Virus record (IMG/VR): IMGVR_UViG_3300021964_000077
Coordinates: 1 to 57,237 of that record
DNA: 57,237 nt
Reading direction: 5' to 3' (one strand)
From: a virus
Lineage: Duplodnaviria > Caudoviricetes
The notes under the pieces are model-generated. The model was not told where the DNA came from, made no database searches, and was given only the letters and a program-made list of their open reading frames with translations. Made by a program: the position numbers and the translations under genes. This document shows positions 10,122 to 20,200 of the stretch, piece by piece; position 1 is the stretch's first letter, and each line of letters opens with the position of its first letter.

Positions 10122-12470
10122 ATGGCACAAAAAATTCTTTTAAGAAGAGGTCCCGTTGGAAATATTTCTGCAGCAGCAGTATCCCAGGGTGAACTCTTAC
10201 TCGCAACCGGTTCGATCGGTGACTTGTCGGGGCCGTTTGTAACCATGGCCGGCACCGCCGGAACTGGTACATCCACGCTCTTAGGTAAGATCTACGAAGG
10301 TGCTGCCGCTCCTTCCGTAAATTCTACATTGACTGGTCTACCGTTCTACTCTACCAATGACTCAGCCTTATATAGGTTAAATCATTCAGGTAACGAAAAA
10401 CTAGATCTTTCCGGTAACTTGGAAGGAACTACTATCAACAGTATTACTGTTAGTGGTTCATTCTCTGGTTCATTCCAAGGTGACGGTTCAGGGCTGACTA
10501 ACATTCCTGCTGATAATATCATACTCTCTACTATTGTAGACGGTAACGGTATTGCAGATTTTAGCTACGACGGTACATCTAATGTAACCATCTCAGCAGA
10601 AATCAGTGGTTCTACATTAAGCTTAGGTGCTGCTGGTTTAGCAGTAGCTGCTTCTGGTATTAGTACTGTAGAGATCGCTGACGGAGCAGTAACTAACGCT
10701 AAATTAGCTGGTTCAATTGCTAACGCTAAACTTGTTAATTCCAAAGTAACTATCGGTACAACTGATGTTAATTTAGGTGACACAGTAACATCTTTCGCAG
10801 GTGTAACTCTAACAGGTGCTACAGCAACTGGTTCATTCAACGGTACATTCGTAGGTGACGGTTCTGCTTTAACTAACCTAAACTTAGGTAGCTTATCAGC
10901 TCCTGGTAGCTCAGGTGAGATTCTATACAACAATGCAGGTGCATTAGATGCTACTAGCGCTTTAACATTAAGCGGAACTAGCTTAACTGTTGCTGGTAAC
11001 ATCTCAGGATCTAGCTTATACTTGAGCGGTAACGCTAACATTGACGGTAACATCGTATTAGGCGGTAATATCACAATCGGTGATGCTAGCACAGATACGG
11101 TATCATTTGGCGGTGAGATCTCTTCTGATATTATTCCATCAGCTGACAATACTTACGATCTCGGTTCTACTGGAGATAAATTCGCTGAAGTACACGCTAC
11201 AGCGTTATATGGCGCCTTAACTGGTGATGTAACTGGTCAAGTTTCTGACATATCTAACCACGATACCGACGCATTATCAGAAGGCTCAACCAACCTCTAC
11301 TTTACTGATGGTAGAGTTAAATCCAAATTAAACGCAGATGGCGTAATCTCAGGTTCAGTACAGGTAGAAACTGGCGGTGACTTATCAGGTGATGCTACTA
11401 ACGTTACAGTAACAGCTGTTCAAGGTGTATCGGTAACATCTGGAGAGATCACTCAAATCGCTAACATCGGTACTACTACAATCTCAGGAACTCAATGGGG
11501 TTACTTGGGTGCTCTAGATCAAGATTTAGGTACTGTTAGTAACGTAACGTTTACTGACTTATCTCTAGACGGTAACTTATCGATTAACACTAATAAGTTT
11601 ATCGTTAACAATGCTACAGGTAACACAACTGTTGCAGGTACATTAGGAGTAACAGGCGCTGCTACATTATCTAGTACATTAGACGTATCTGGTGCATTAA
11701 CAGTTACTGCTGACATCGACGCTGACGATATCACAATCAACGATTGGGGTTCAGTTTCTGCTTCTTTGGCAGCTATCGAATCTGGTGCTAATGCATTGAG
11801 CTTGCAAGACGTTGTAACAGTAGGATCTACTTCAACTGATGCAATTACAGTAAGAGACTTGAGTATCGGCGGTGATGCTGCTAACGAAATCAGCACTACA
11901 TCAGGTAACTTAGTTATCGATTCTGCTGGCGGTACTGTAACTGTTGATGATAACTTAACAGTAGCCGGTAACTTAGTAGTTCAAGGTACTACAACAACTG
12001 TTGACTCTACAGAAATTAACATTGGAGATAGAATCTTAACATTGAACGCTGCAAGTACTGCTGACGACGGCGGTATCCAAGTTATTGATACTGTAGGTAC
12101 TGCAGGTACTGGTTCATTATTGTGGAGCGCAAGTAGCGATTACTGGTACGCAGGTGTAAGTGGATCTGCTCACTATAGATTAGCAACCTTTACTAACGCA
12201 TCACCATCTTCAAATGGTATCGTTAAGGTTGACGCTAACGGTAGATTAGTTGCTTCAAACATCTCAGACGATGGTTCTGCTGTAACAGTTTCTACAGGCT
12301 TAACTGCTGCTGGATTGACGGATAGTACATCTGCAGCTGCTACTAGATTCTCTTACATCAACGCTTCTAAGAAACACGCTTACGAAACACCAACTGCTGC
12401 TGGTCAAATCCTTCAATGGAACGGATCAGCGATGGTTGCTTCTAACGTAATCGACGGAGGTTCATTCTAA
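10122..12470 (+). CDS. Tail/virion fibre protein (trimeric beta-rich)
   Basis: N-terminal MAQKILLRRG...GELLL fibre-anchor motif; GSFxGDGSGLT, VTNAKLA, DALSEGSTNLYFTDGR and GNLVVQGTTTTVDS fibre motifs; Gly/Ser/Thr-rich. Confidence 0.75.
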   Translation: MAQKILLRRGPVGNISAAAVSQGELLLATGSIGDLSGPFVTMAGTAGTGTSTLLGKIYEGAAAPSVNSTLTGLPFYSTNDSALYRLNHSGNEKLDLSGNLEGTTINSITVSGSFSGSFQGDGSGLTNIPADNIILSTIVDGNGIADFSYDGTSNVTISAEISGSTLSLGAAGLAVAASGISTVEIADGAVTNAKLAGSIANAKLVNSKVTIGTTDVNLGDTVTSFAGVTLTGATATGSFNGTFVGDGSALTNLNLGSLSAPGSSGEILYNNAGALDATSALTLSGTSLTVAGNISGSSLYLSGNANIDGNIVLGGNITIGDASTDTVSFGGEISSDIIPSADNTYDLGSTGDKFAEVHATALYGALTGDVTGQVSDISNHDTDALSEGSTNLYFTDGRVKSKLNADGVISGSVQVETGGDLSGDATNVTVTAVQGVSVTSGEITQIANIGTTTISGTQWGYLGALDQDLGTVSNVTFTDLSLDGNLSINTNKFIVNNATGNTTVAGTLGVTGAATLSSTLDVSGALTVTADIDADDITINDWGSVSASLAAIESGANALSLQDVVTVGSTSTDAITVRDLSIGGDAANEISTTSGNLVIDSAGGTVTVDDNLTVAGNLVVQGTTTTVDSTEINIGDRILTLNAASTADDGGIQVIDTVGTAGTGSLLWSASSDYWYAGVSGSAHYRLATFTNASPSSNGIVKVDANGRLVASNISDDGSAVTVSTGLTAAGLTDSTSAAATRFSYINASKKHAYETPTAAGQILQWNGSAMVASNVIDGGSF

Positions 12471-12490
12471 GAGTAACTTTCTTATAATTT

Positions 12491-12522
12491 AGGGAGCCGG
12501 CTTTATGCCGGCTTTCCTATTT
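12491..12522 (+). terminator. Stem-loop, probable terminator overlapping a TATTTATA motif
   Basis: AGGGAGCCGGC-TTTAT-GCCGGCTTTCCT, followed by a short, interrupted T tract. Confidence 0.6.
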
Positions 12523-12577
12523 ATATAAGTCCTATATAGGATACCTTGGTATATACCCTTAAATTAGTTCCATCCAT

Positions 12578-15500
12578 ATGGCTCAAAACATTAAACTGAA
12601 ACGCTCTGCGACTGCCGGTAAGGTACCGACTACAGCGCAATTAGATTCTGGAGAGTTAGCAATCAACACTAACGACGGTAAAGTCTACTTTAAAAGAGAC
12701 GATAATACTATCCAGACAATTCTCACTACAGATTCCGAAATTACCGGAAGTATCATTGTCAACGGCAATGTAACAGCATCTGCTTTTACCGGTACTTTAG
12801 ACGGTAATGCAGCAACAGCAACAACTGCTTCTTATGCAGTAACAGCTTCTTATGCAGCATTTGCAGCTACCCCTACAGTACAGGGAGCGCAGGGTACTAC
12901 TGGAGCTCAAGGAACACAAGGAACAACAGGTATACAAGGAACACAGGGTATTCAAGGAATCCAGGGTATTCAAGGAACACAAGGAGTCCAAGGTACTACT
13001 GGTATACAAGGTCTTACCGGTACCCAAGGTACCCAAGGAACCCAAGGAATACAGGGGACCCAAGGAATACAGGGATCAGAAGGATCAGAAGGAGGTTTAT
13101 CAATCGTATATGATGGTATTACTTTCGAAGATACAGCGTATGCTAATGTCAATCAATTAGTTCATACAGAAGCTTCTTCGTTTATATATGCTACAGGATC
13201 TACCGAAGAATGGTGGTTCTCTGATATTGCAGACGGTTTACAAGATGTAAACTACTTCAGCAACCTGTATGATAATATAGTTAACGATGGGTACGATAAG
13301 ATCTACGTTAAGATTGCTAGAAGAGGAGAACCTGAAAAATACCATCTATATGAAGGTACCAGCCCTAGCTTAGTAGCAGGGGACGACTTAAGGTTAGATA
13401 TGAAATATGCCGGAGGTAATTCTACATGGACTGGAGGTACCGGTTCAGTAGAACATATGACCTCTAAAGCCACTTCTTCTACATATAACGGTCAGATTAT
13501 CGTATCGTTTACTCCTGTAAAAGTAGGCTCACAAGGTACTCAAGGTATACAGGGTGTACAAGGTATTCAAGGTACGACTGGATCTCAAGGCACTACAGGT
13601 ATTCAAGGTGATACAGGCACACAAGGAACAACTGGAGCTCAAGGAATTCAAGGTGTTCAAGGAACAACGGGTATTCAAGGAGCCGACGGTACCCAAGGAA
13701 CAACAGGATCTCAAGGCACAACAGGGAGCCAAGGAACAACAGGATCTCAAGGAACTACTGGTACTCAAGGTACCACAGGTACTCAAGGTATCCAAGGAAC
13801 TACTGGTTCTCAAGGTACCACAGGTACTCAGGGTACTACAGGTACCCAAGGAGTACAGGGTACTACTGGTTCTCAAGGTACCACAGGTACTCAGGGTATT
13901 CAAGGAACTACCGGGATACAGGGTGACACCGGTGCCCAGGGAACACAGGGTACTCAAGGAACTCAAGGAATTACTGGTACTCAGGGAACACAAGGTATTC
14001 AAGGTATTAGCGGTGAATCAGCAGCAGTAGGCTTAACTAATAACACAAACAACTACGTCGTAACAGCTACTGGAGATGCTAACACACCTTTTAACGGAGA
14101 AGCTAACTTAGTATTTGATGGTGACTTCTTAGGGGTGGGAACTTCATCACCATTCTCAAGTATACATATTAAATCAGGATCTGACGCACAGTTCTTAATC
14201 GAAACAGATTCACCTTACGATGATGGAGAGGGGTACTCAGCTGGTATTCGATTTAAAGTAGAAGATACAGATACCTACGATCGAGCAAAAGGAGGTATTT
14301 TCTTCTTAAACACTGATGCTCAAGACTGGGGAAGAGGTGAATTGATACTAGCCACTCAAAACGGAGCTAGTAATAGTAACGTAACACCGAATGACTGGAG
14401 GTTAAAACTAACTTTAGATGGAAAGGTTCACACCAAAGGAGACCTCATTGTCAGTGGGTCAATTACAGGTAACGCTTCGTCTGCTACTAATGCAGATCAG
14501 TTAGATAATCAGCACGGTTCGTATTACTTAAATGCTTCAAACCTTAATGCAGGTACGATCAACGATGCTCGCTTACCAGGTACAATATCTTCAGATACTA
14601 CAGGCAACGCAGCAACAGCAACAGCATTAACAGCAGGTAATAAAACTATTACAGGAGACTTAACAGTTACAGGTAACGTAACTGCTCAAGAATTCCACAC
14701 CGAGTTTGTATCTGCTTCAATTGTATACCAATCAGGTTCAACAAAATTCGGTGATACATCAGACGATGTACATTCATTTACAGGTTCTTTAGAGGTAGAT
14801 GGATCTATAGTAGGAGACTTGACCGGTAATGCTGATACAGCAACCACCGCTTCCTACGCTTTATTTGCAGCTACTCCTACAGTACAGGGAGTACAGGGTA
14901 CTCAAGGTATCCAAGGTATTCAGGGTATACAAGGACTTAAAGGACTTCAAGGTACTACTGGCGCCCAAGGAACAACAGGTTCTCAAGGTACTACAGGTTC
15001 ACAAGGAACTACAGGCTCCCAAGGAACTCAAGGTACTACAGGTTCACAAGGTACCACGGGAAGTCAAGGTACTACTGGTACTCAAGGTATAACTGGATCT
15101 CAAGGAACTACGGGAAGTCAAGGTATAACTGGATCTCAAGGTATAACTGGATCTCAAGGTACTACTGGATCCCAAGGTACAACTGGTACTCAAGGAACAA
15201 CAGGGAGTCAAGGTACTACTGGTACTCAAGGTATAACTGGATCTCAAGGTACTACTGGATCCCAAGGTACAACTGGTACTCAAGGTATAACTGGATCTCA
15301 AGGAACAACAGGCTCTCAAGGTACTACTGGTACTCAAGGTATAACTGGATCTCAAGGAACTACGGGAAGTCAAGGAACAACAGGTTCACAAGGTACTCAA
15401 GGTATACAAGGTACTAATGCTACTACAAGTATTACTAACAACGTTAATAACTACGTAGTAACTGCGACAGGAGGTGCAACACCGTTTAACGGTGAATCAA

Positions 15501-16759
15501 ACTTAGTATTTGATGGATCTAAATTAGGTATTAATACCACTTCTCCAGACAATACATTACACGTACGCAACACATCAGGCGGCACTGCCTCGGGTATCTT
15601 AATTGAAACTGATGCTAACGGAATCGGTCAAGCAGGTCTATACTTTAGAGTAGAGGACAATGACGGTAACTTCTACAGAAAAGGAGCTCTTATCATGGAA
15701 AATGAAGGAGATACTTACGGTAGAGGTAAAATGCATATCACATTAGATAATAATGCCGACGCAAATAACGCCGACATCACAGACGCTGTACTTACAGCTA
15801 CCTCAGACAAACTAATTGGTATCGGTACGCAAGATCCTACTGCTAAATTAAACGTAGTAGGAGGAGCTGATGTATTGATCGTAGAAGGATCTGGTTCAAC
15901 AGCCAATACAACCATCTTTGCTATCGATGGAAATAACGGTAGATTATTTGAGATCTCCGATGATCTATCTGATTCTTTATTCTCGGTTAACACTATAGCT
16001 GGGCTACCGGTAATGGAAGCATTCTCCGATAATACAGTAGTGTTAGGAGCTTACAATCAGAATGATTTAGTAATTACAGGATCGTTAGTAGGTATTGGAA
16101 CAGCAACACCCTCTTATAAACTAGATATTAACGGTACAGGTAGATTTACTGGCAGACTTTACTTAGATACACTAGATACAAATACTTCTTCTACAGCAGC
16201 CCTTGTAATGAACGGTTCAGAGGTAGAGAAGAGAACGTTAGGATCTAATGCATTTACAAGTACAGGCTACCTACCACTAACTGGAGGTACTTTATCAGGA
16301 ACACTTACAACCAGACACGTTATCCCGAGTGCTGATAGGACTTATGATTTAGGTACTGATGCAGCAAGGTATAGAATCGTATTCTGTGAGACATTAGATT
16401 CTGCAGGTCTTCATGAAACTAATCTTGCTTCAGGAAGTGTTGCTGAATTAGCTACAGGAACAGTATTAGTTTGGCAAAACGGAGAGAACACACCATGTAC
16501 AGTAGAGGCTGATCACATGAGAATGGGTATAGCCGTGAATGGAAATGCATCTCCATTGATTCAAGGAGCAGAACCTGTACTATGTACCGGAGTAGTAAAC
16601 GAAGGGGATTACCTAATAACCTCCGCAGTAGAAGGTCACGCAAAAGGCATCTCTAGAGAGGAAATGCTACAGCGTAATTTATATGACTGTGTATTAGGAA
16701 AAGCATTGGAAGATGGTTCTGGAGAGAGCTATTTATTAAAGACGTGGATCACGATATAA
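12578..16759 (+). CDS. Long fibre protein with three collagen-like segments and a probable C-terminal intramolecular chaperone/autoproteolytic domain
   Basis: N-terminal MAQNIKLKRSATAGKVPT...GELAINTNDGKVY anchor; G-T/S-Q / G-T-T collagen blocks; repeated (V/L)GIGTxxP fibre motifs; C-terminal GVVNEGDYLITSAVEGHA...VLGKALE. Confidence 0.8.
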   Translation: MAQNIKLKRSATAGKVPTTAQLDSGELAINTNDGKVYFKRDDNTIQTILTTDSEITGSIIVNGNVTASAFTGTLDGNAATATTASYAVTASYAAFAATPTVQGAQGTTGAQGTQGTTGIQGTQGIQGIQGIQGTQGVQGTTGIQGLTGTQGTQGTQGIQGTQGIQGSEGSEGGLSIVYDGITFEDTAYANVNQLVHTEASSFIYATGSTEEWWFSDIADGLQDVNYFSNLYDNIVNDGYDKIYVKIARRGEPEKYHLYEGTSPSLVAGDDLRLDMKYAGGNSTWTGGTGSVEHMTSKATSSTYNGQIIVSFTPVKVGSQGTQGIQGVQGIQGTTGSQGTTGIQGDTGTQGTTGAQGIQGVQGTTGIQGADGTQGTTGSQGTTGSQGTTGSQGTTGTQGTTGTQGIQGTTGSQGTTGTQGTTGTQGVQGTTGSQGTTGTQGIQGTTGIQGDTGAQGTQGTQGTQGITGTQGTQGIQGISGESAAVGLTNNTNNYVVTATGDANTPFNGEANLVFDGDFLGVGTSSPFSSIHIKSGSDAQFLIETDSPYDDGEGYSAGIRFKVEDTDTYDRAKGGIFFLNTDAQDWGRGELILATQNGASNSNVTPNDWRLKLTLDGKVHTKGDLIVSGSITGNASSATNADQLDNQHGSYYLNASNLNAGTINDARLPGTISSDTTGNAATATALTAGNKTITGDLTVTGNVTAQEFHTEFVSASIVYQSGSTKFGDTSDDVHSFTGSLEVDGSIVGDLTGNADTATTASYALFAATPTVQGVQGTQGIQGIQGIQGLKGLQGTTGAQGTTGSQGTTGSQGTTGSQGTQGTTGSQGTTGSQGTTGTQGITGSQGTTGSQGITGSQGITGSQGTTGSQGTTGTQGTTGSQGTTGTQGITGSQGTTGSQGTTGTQGITGSQGTTGSQGTTGTQGITGSQGTTGSQGTTGSQGTQGIQGTNATTSITNNVNNYVVTATGGATPFNGESNLVFDGSKLGINTTSPDNTLHVRNTSGGTASGILIETDANGIGQAGLYFRVEDNDGNFYRKGALIMENEGDTYGRGKMHITLDNNADANNADITDAVLTATSDKLIGIGTQDPTAKLNVVGGADVLIVEGSGSTANTTIFAIDGNNGRLFEISDDLSDSLFSVNTIAGLPVMEAFSDNTVVLGAYNQNDLVITGSLVGIGTATPSYKLDINGTGRFTGRLYLDTLDTNTSSTAALVMNGSEVEKRTLGSNAFTSTGYLPLTGGTLSGTLTTRHVIPSADRTYDLGTDAARYRIVFCETLDSAGLHETNLASGSVAELATGTVLVWQNGENTPCTVEADHMRMGIAVNGNASPLIQGAEPVLCTGVVNEGDYLITSAVEGHAKGISREEMLQRNLYDCVLGKALEDGSGESYLLKTWITI
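13526..14008 (+). repeat. Collagen G-x-Q/G-T-T coding repeat (second block; first is 12884-13090)
   Basis: Hexapeptide GSQGTT/GTQGTT/GIQ units. Confidence 0.9.
14888..15416 (+). repeat. Collagen coding repeat with near-identical 18-bp DNA units
   Basis: Recurrent ggatctcaaggtataact / ggtactcaaggtataact / ggatcccaaggtacaact units. Confidence 0.9.
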
Positions 16760-16771
16760 TAAAGGAGTAAT

Positions 16772-17230
16772 ATGGGATTTAGAATACACAGAGGAGTCTT
16801 TCAATTTTTGGATACAGGTAACAATACCTACAAAGGTAGATACAGGTTTAACGCAACCGGTAAACTGGTGGAGGTAAACGATAGCGATGATCGTGTAGCT
16901 GATGTCAGTGATACTACTCCTTTATCCGTAAGTAAGAATGGATCAAATGTATTTGTATTAGATTTAAATTCTCGAGCAAACTTTATACTAAGTGCTGCCG
17001 GTACATGGACTTTAAGCTTAACTGTAGGATCTGAAAACGTAGGTCAAACAGGAACCATTATTATAAACAATACAGCAGCCACCACACCAGGAGCTTTGCC
17101 ATCTAATGTTAAAACTCCTAATGGAGATTCAATATCTTGGCAAACAGATAATGGAGATGTTTCTATTTTATCTTATTTAGTAGTAGACACGTCAACAGTT
17201 TTAGTTAATTATATAGGGAACTTCGGTTAA
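16772..17230 (+). CDS. Small beta-rich fibre-tip/adaptor-like protein
   Basis: LDLNSRANF..., VGQTGTIII..., DVSILSY pattern seen in fibre-end domains; sits between the collagen fibre and the giant repeat protein. Confidence 0.5.
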   Translation: MGFRIHRGVFQFLDTGNNTYKGRYRFNATGKLVEVNDSDDRVADVSDTTPLSVSKNGSNVFVLDLNSRANFILSAAGTWTLSLTVGSENVGQTGTIIINNTAATTPGALPSNVKTPNGDSISWQTDNGDVSILSYLVVDTSTVLVNYIGNFG

Positions 17231-17238
17231 AAAATACC

Positions 17239-20200
17239 ATGAAGAGCATAGGTTTCTGGGACATATACGAATGGAACACATCCGCGAACACGAGTACTAC
17301 ACGTAATACTTCCCGTAGCACGTCTAGCAGTACTACTACCGTATGGAATACTGCCAAATCAACTACAACAACTTGGAATACCTCTCAATCAACAACTACA
17401 AACTGGAATACAACAGTTAGTACAAGTAAGAGTACTACCACAACCTGGAACACATCACAGAGTACTACCACAACCTGGAACACTACTCAAAACACAACTA
17501 CTACATTTAATACCAGTAGGTTGACAAGTAAATCTACTACGACCACGTGGAATACTACACAAAGTACAATAACAACCTGGAATACCACTAAAAGTACAAC
17601 CACAACATTTAATACTTCAGTATCAACTAGTAGAAACACCACCACAACCTGGAACACTACCAGGAGTACTACTACAACCTGGAATACTAGTCAAAGTACT
17701 ACAACAACTTTTATAACAAGTCAAAACACCACCAGGAGTACCACAACAACTTGGAGTACTTCTAAAAGCACTACAACTACATTTGCTACTAGTAGAAGTA
17801 CCACTACAACATTTAACACTAATACCAGTACCACTACAACATTTAACACTACTTGGAGTACATCAAAAAGTACAACAACAACATTTAACACCACCAGGTC
17901 AACCACTACTAGCTGGAATACAACTCAGAGTACTACAACTTCGTGGACAACATATTGGAACACTACAAGATCAACAGTGACTACTTGGAACACTACAAGA
18001 TCAACGGTGACTACATTCAACACGACCGCAAGTACAACAACAACATTTAATACAACCTGGAATACTACTAGAAGTACCACTACAACGTTTAATACGACTA
18101 GATCAACTACAACTACGTTTATAACAAGTCAAAGTACGACAACAACTTTTAATACAACTTGGAACACAAGTAAAAGTACTACTACTAGTTGGAATACGAC
18201 AAAGAGTACTACAACAACCTGGACAACTAGTCAAGGTACTTCTCACAGTACTACAACTACATTCAATACTACTAGAAGTACAACAACAGTCTACAATACG
18301 ACTAAGAGTACTACCACGACATTCAACACTAATGCAAGTACGACAACTACTTGGCTATCTTATTGGAATACTACTAAGAGTACAGTTAGTAGCTGGACAA
18401 CATCTACGAATACAACTACAACGTTTAATACTACATGGTCCACTTCTAGAAGCACAACTACTACTTGGACAACGAATACTACAGTAAGTACTACTAGAGC
18501 AACTACTACTAGTTGGAATACTACTAGAAGTACTACAACAACATTCAATACCTCTAAAAGTACAACAACAGTCTACCTAACTTCGAAGTCAACAGCGACT
18601 ACTTATGTAAGTTACTGGAATACTACTAGAAGTACAACAACAACATTCAATACTACAAGAAGTACGACAACGACTTGGGTAACAAACACTACAGCAAACA
18701 CTACTAGAAATACAACCACTAGTTGGAATACCACTAAAAGTACAACCACAACCTGGAACACATCACAGAGTACTACCACAACCTGGGTAACAACGTGGGA
18801 CACAACAACAGTTTACATAAGTTACTGGAACACAAGCCGTAATACGACTACATCGTTCAATACTACTTGGAATACTAGCTGGAATACGACAACCACCTGG
18901 GTAACAAACACTACAGTAAGTACATCACGAGCTACTACTACGACTTGGAATACCACTCAAAGCACAGTTACTACCTGGGCTACTTCTCGAACTACAACCA
19001 CAACTTGGACTTCGTATTGGAACACCTCTAGAGCAACTACAACTACGTTTAACACTACTAGGAACACCTCTACAACGTGGACTACATACTATAACACTAC
19101 CAGGAGTACTACAACAACATACAACACTGCCCAGAATACAACAACAACATGGGTTTCGTATTGGAATACTGGTAGGAGCACAACAACAACATTTAACACC
19201 ACAGTATCAACAAGTAGGTCAACTACTACTACATTTAGTACATCTATAGGAACAACTACTACGTGGTACACTAACTTAGGTCTCAATACAAGTAAGAATA
19301 CGACAACAACTTGGAATACTACAAGATCTACATCAACAAGTAGATCTACATCTAAGTCAACTGTCACAACGTGGATTACCTATAAAAATACAACTACTAC
19401 ATTTAATACAACCTGGAGTACTAGTAAGAGTACTACAACAACTTGGGTAACAACCTGGTCAACAACCTATACTGTCTCTACAGCAAACGCAACGACTACC
19501 TCATGGACAACGTATTTCAACACAACTAAAAGTACTACAACGACTTTTGGAACTACATGGAATACTACAAGATCTACATCTACTTCTAGAAGTACAACAA
19601 CAACATTTAACACTACATTTAACACTACTAAGTCAACCGTGACCACCTGGACAACAGGAGTATCAGACCCAGGATGTGATTGTTTCCAATTCTTTGTAGA
19701 TGCTTCTCCTTCAGGGACAGTAGAGTATTTTGATTGTGGCTCAGGAACAACAGTAACCGCAGATGTTCCTCGTGGGGGACTAATGATCTGTGCCTGCCCA
19801 AACTATGAAATTATTGGTCCTGAAGTAATTGAGGGTCCTCTGGAACCTTGTGGATCCATCCCACCGTCCGATACTACCTTTAATACTACCAGGAGTACAA
19901 CAACAACATATAACACTTCTAGAAGTACTAGCAAGAGTACAACAACAACGTTTAATACTACAACAACCTGGAATACTACTAGGAACACCACTAAAAGTAC
20001 TACCACAACCTTCCAAACATCAGCTTCTACACAGATAGAGACTACTACAACATGGAATAGTTACTGGAATGTGAACACAACCAGGGAAACATCTCAAAGT
20101 ACGACTACAGTATACAATACAACTGTTAGTACAAGTAGATCTACGAACACTGGCTTCAACACTACTCGAAACACCACTACTACATTTAATACGTCCTGGA

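Noticed and set aside
4227-15373. Alternative-frame and antisense ORFs over the collagen regions (e.g. 4227-4565, 12852-13160, 13529-14030, 15044-15373)
   Set aside because: By-products of low-complexity G-X-Y coding repeats.
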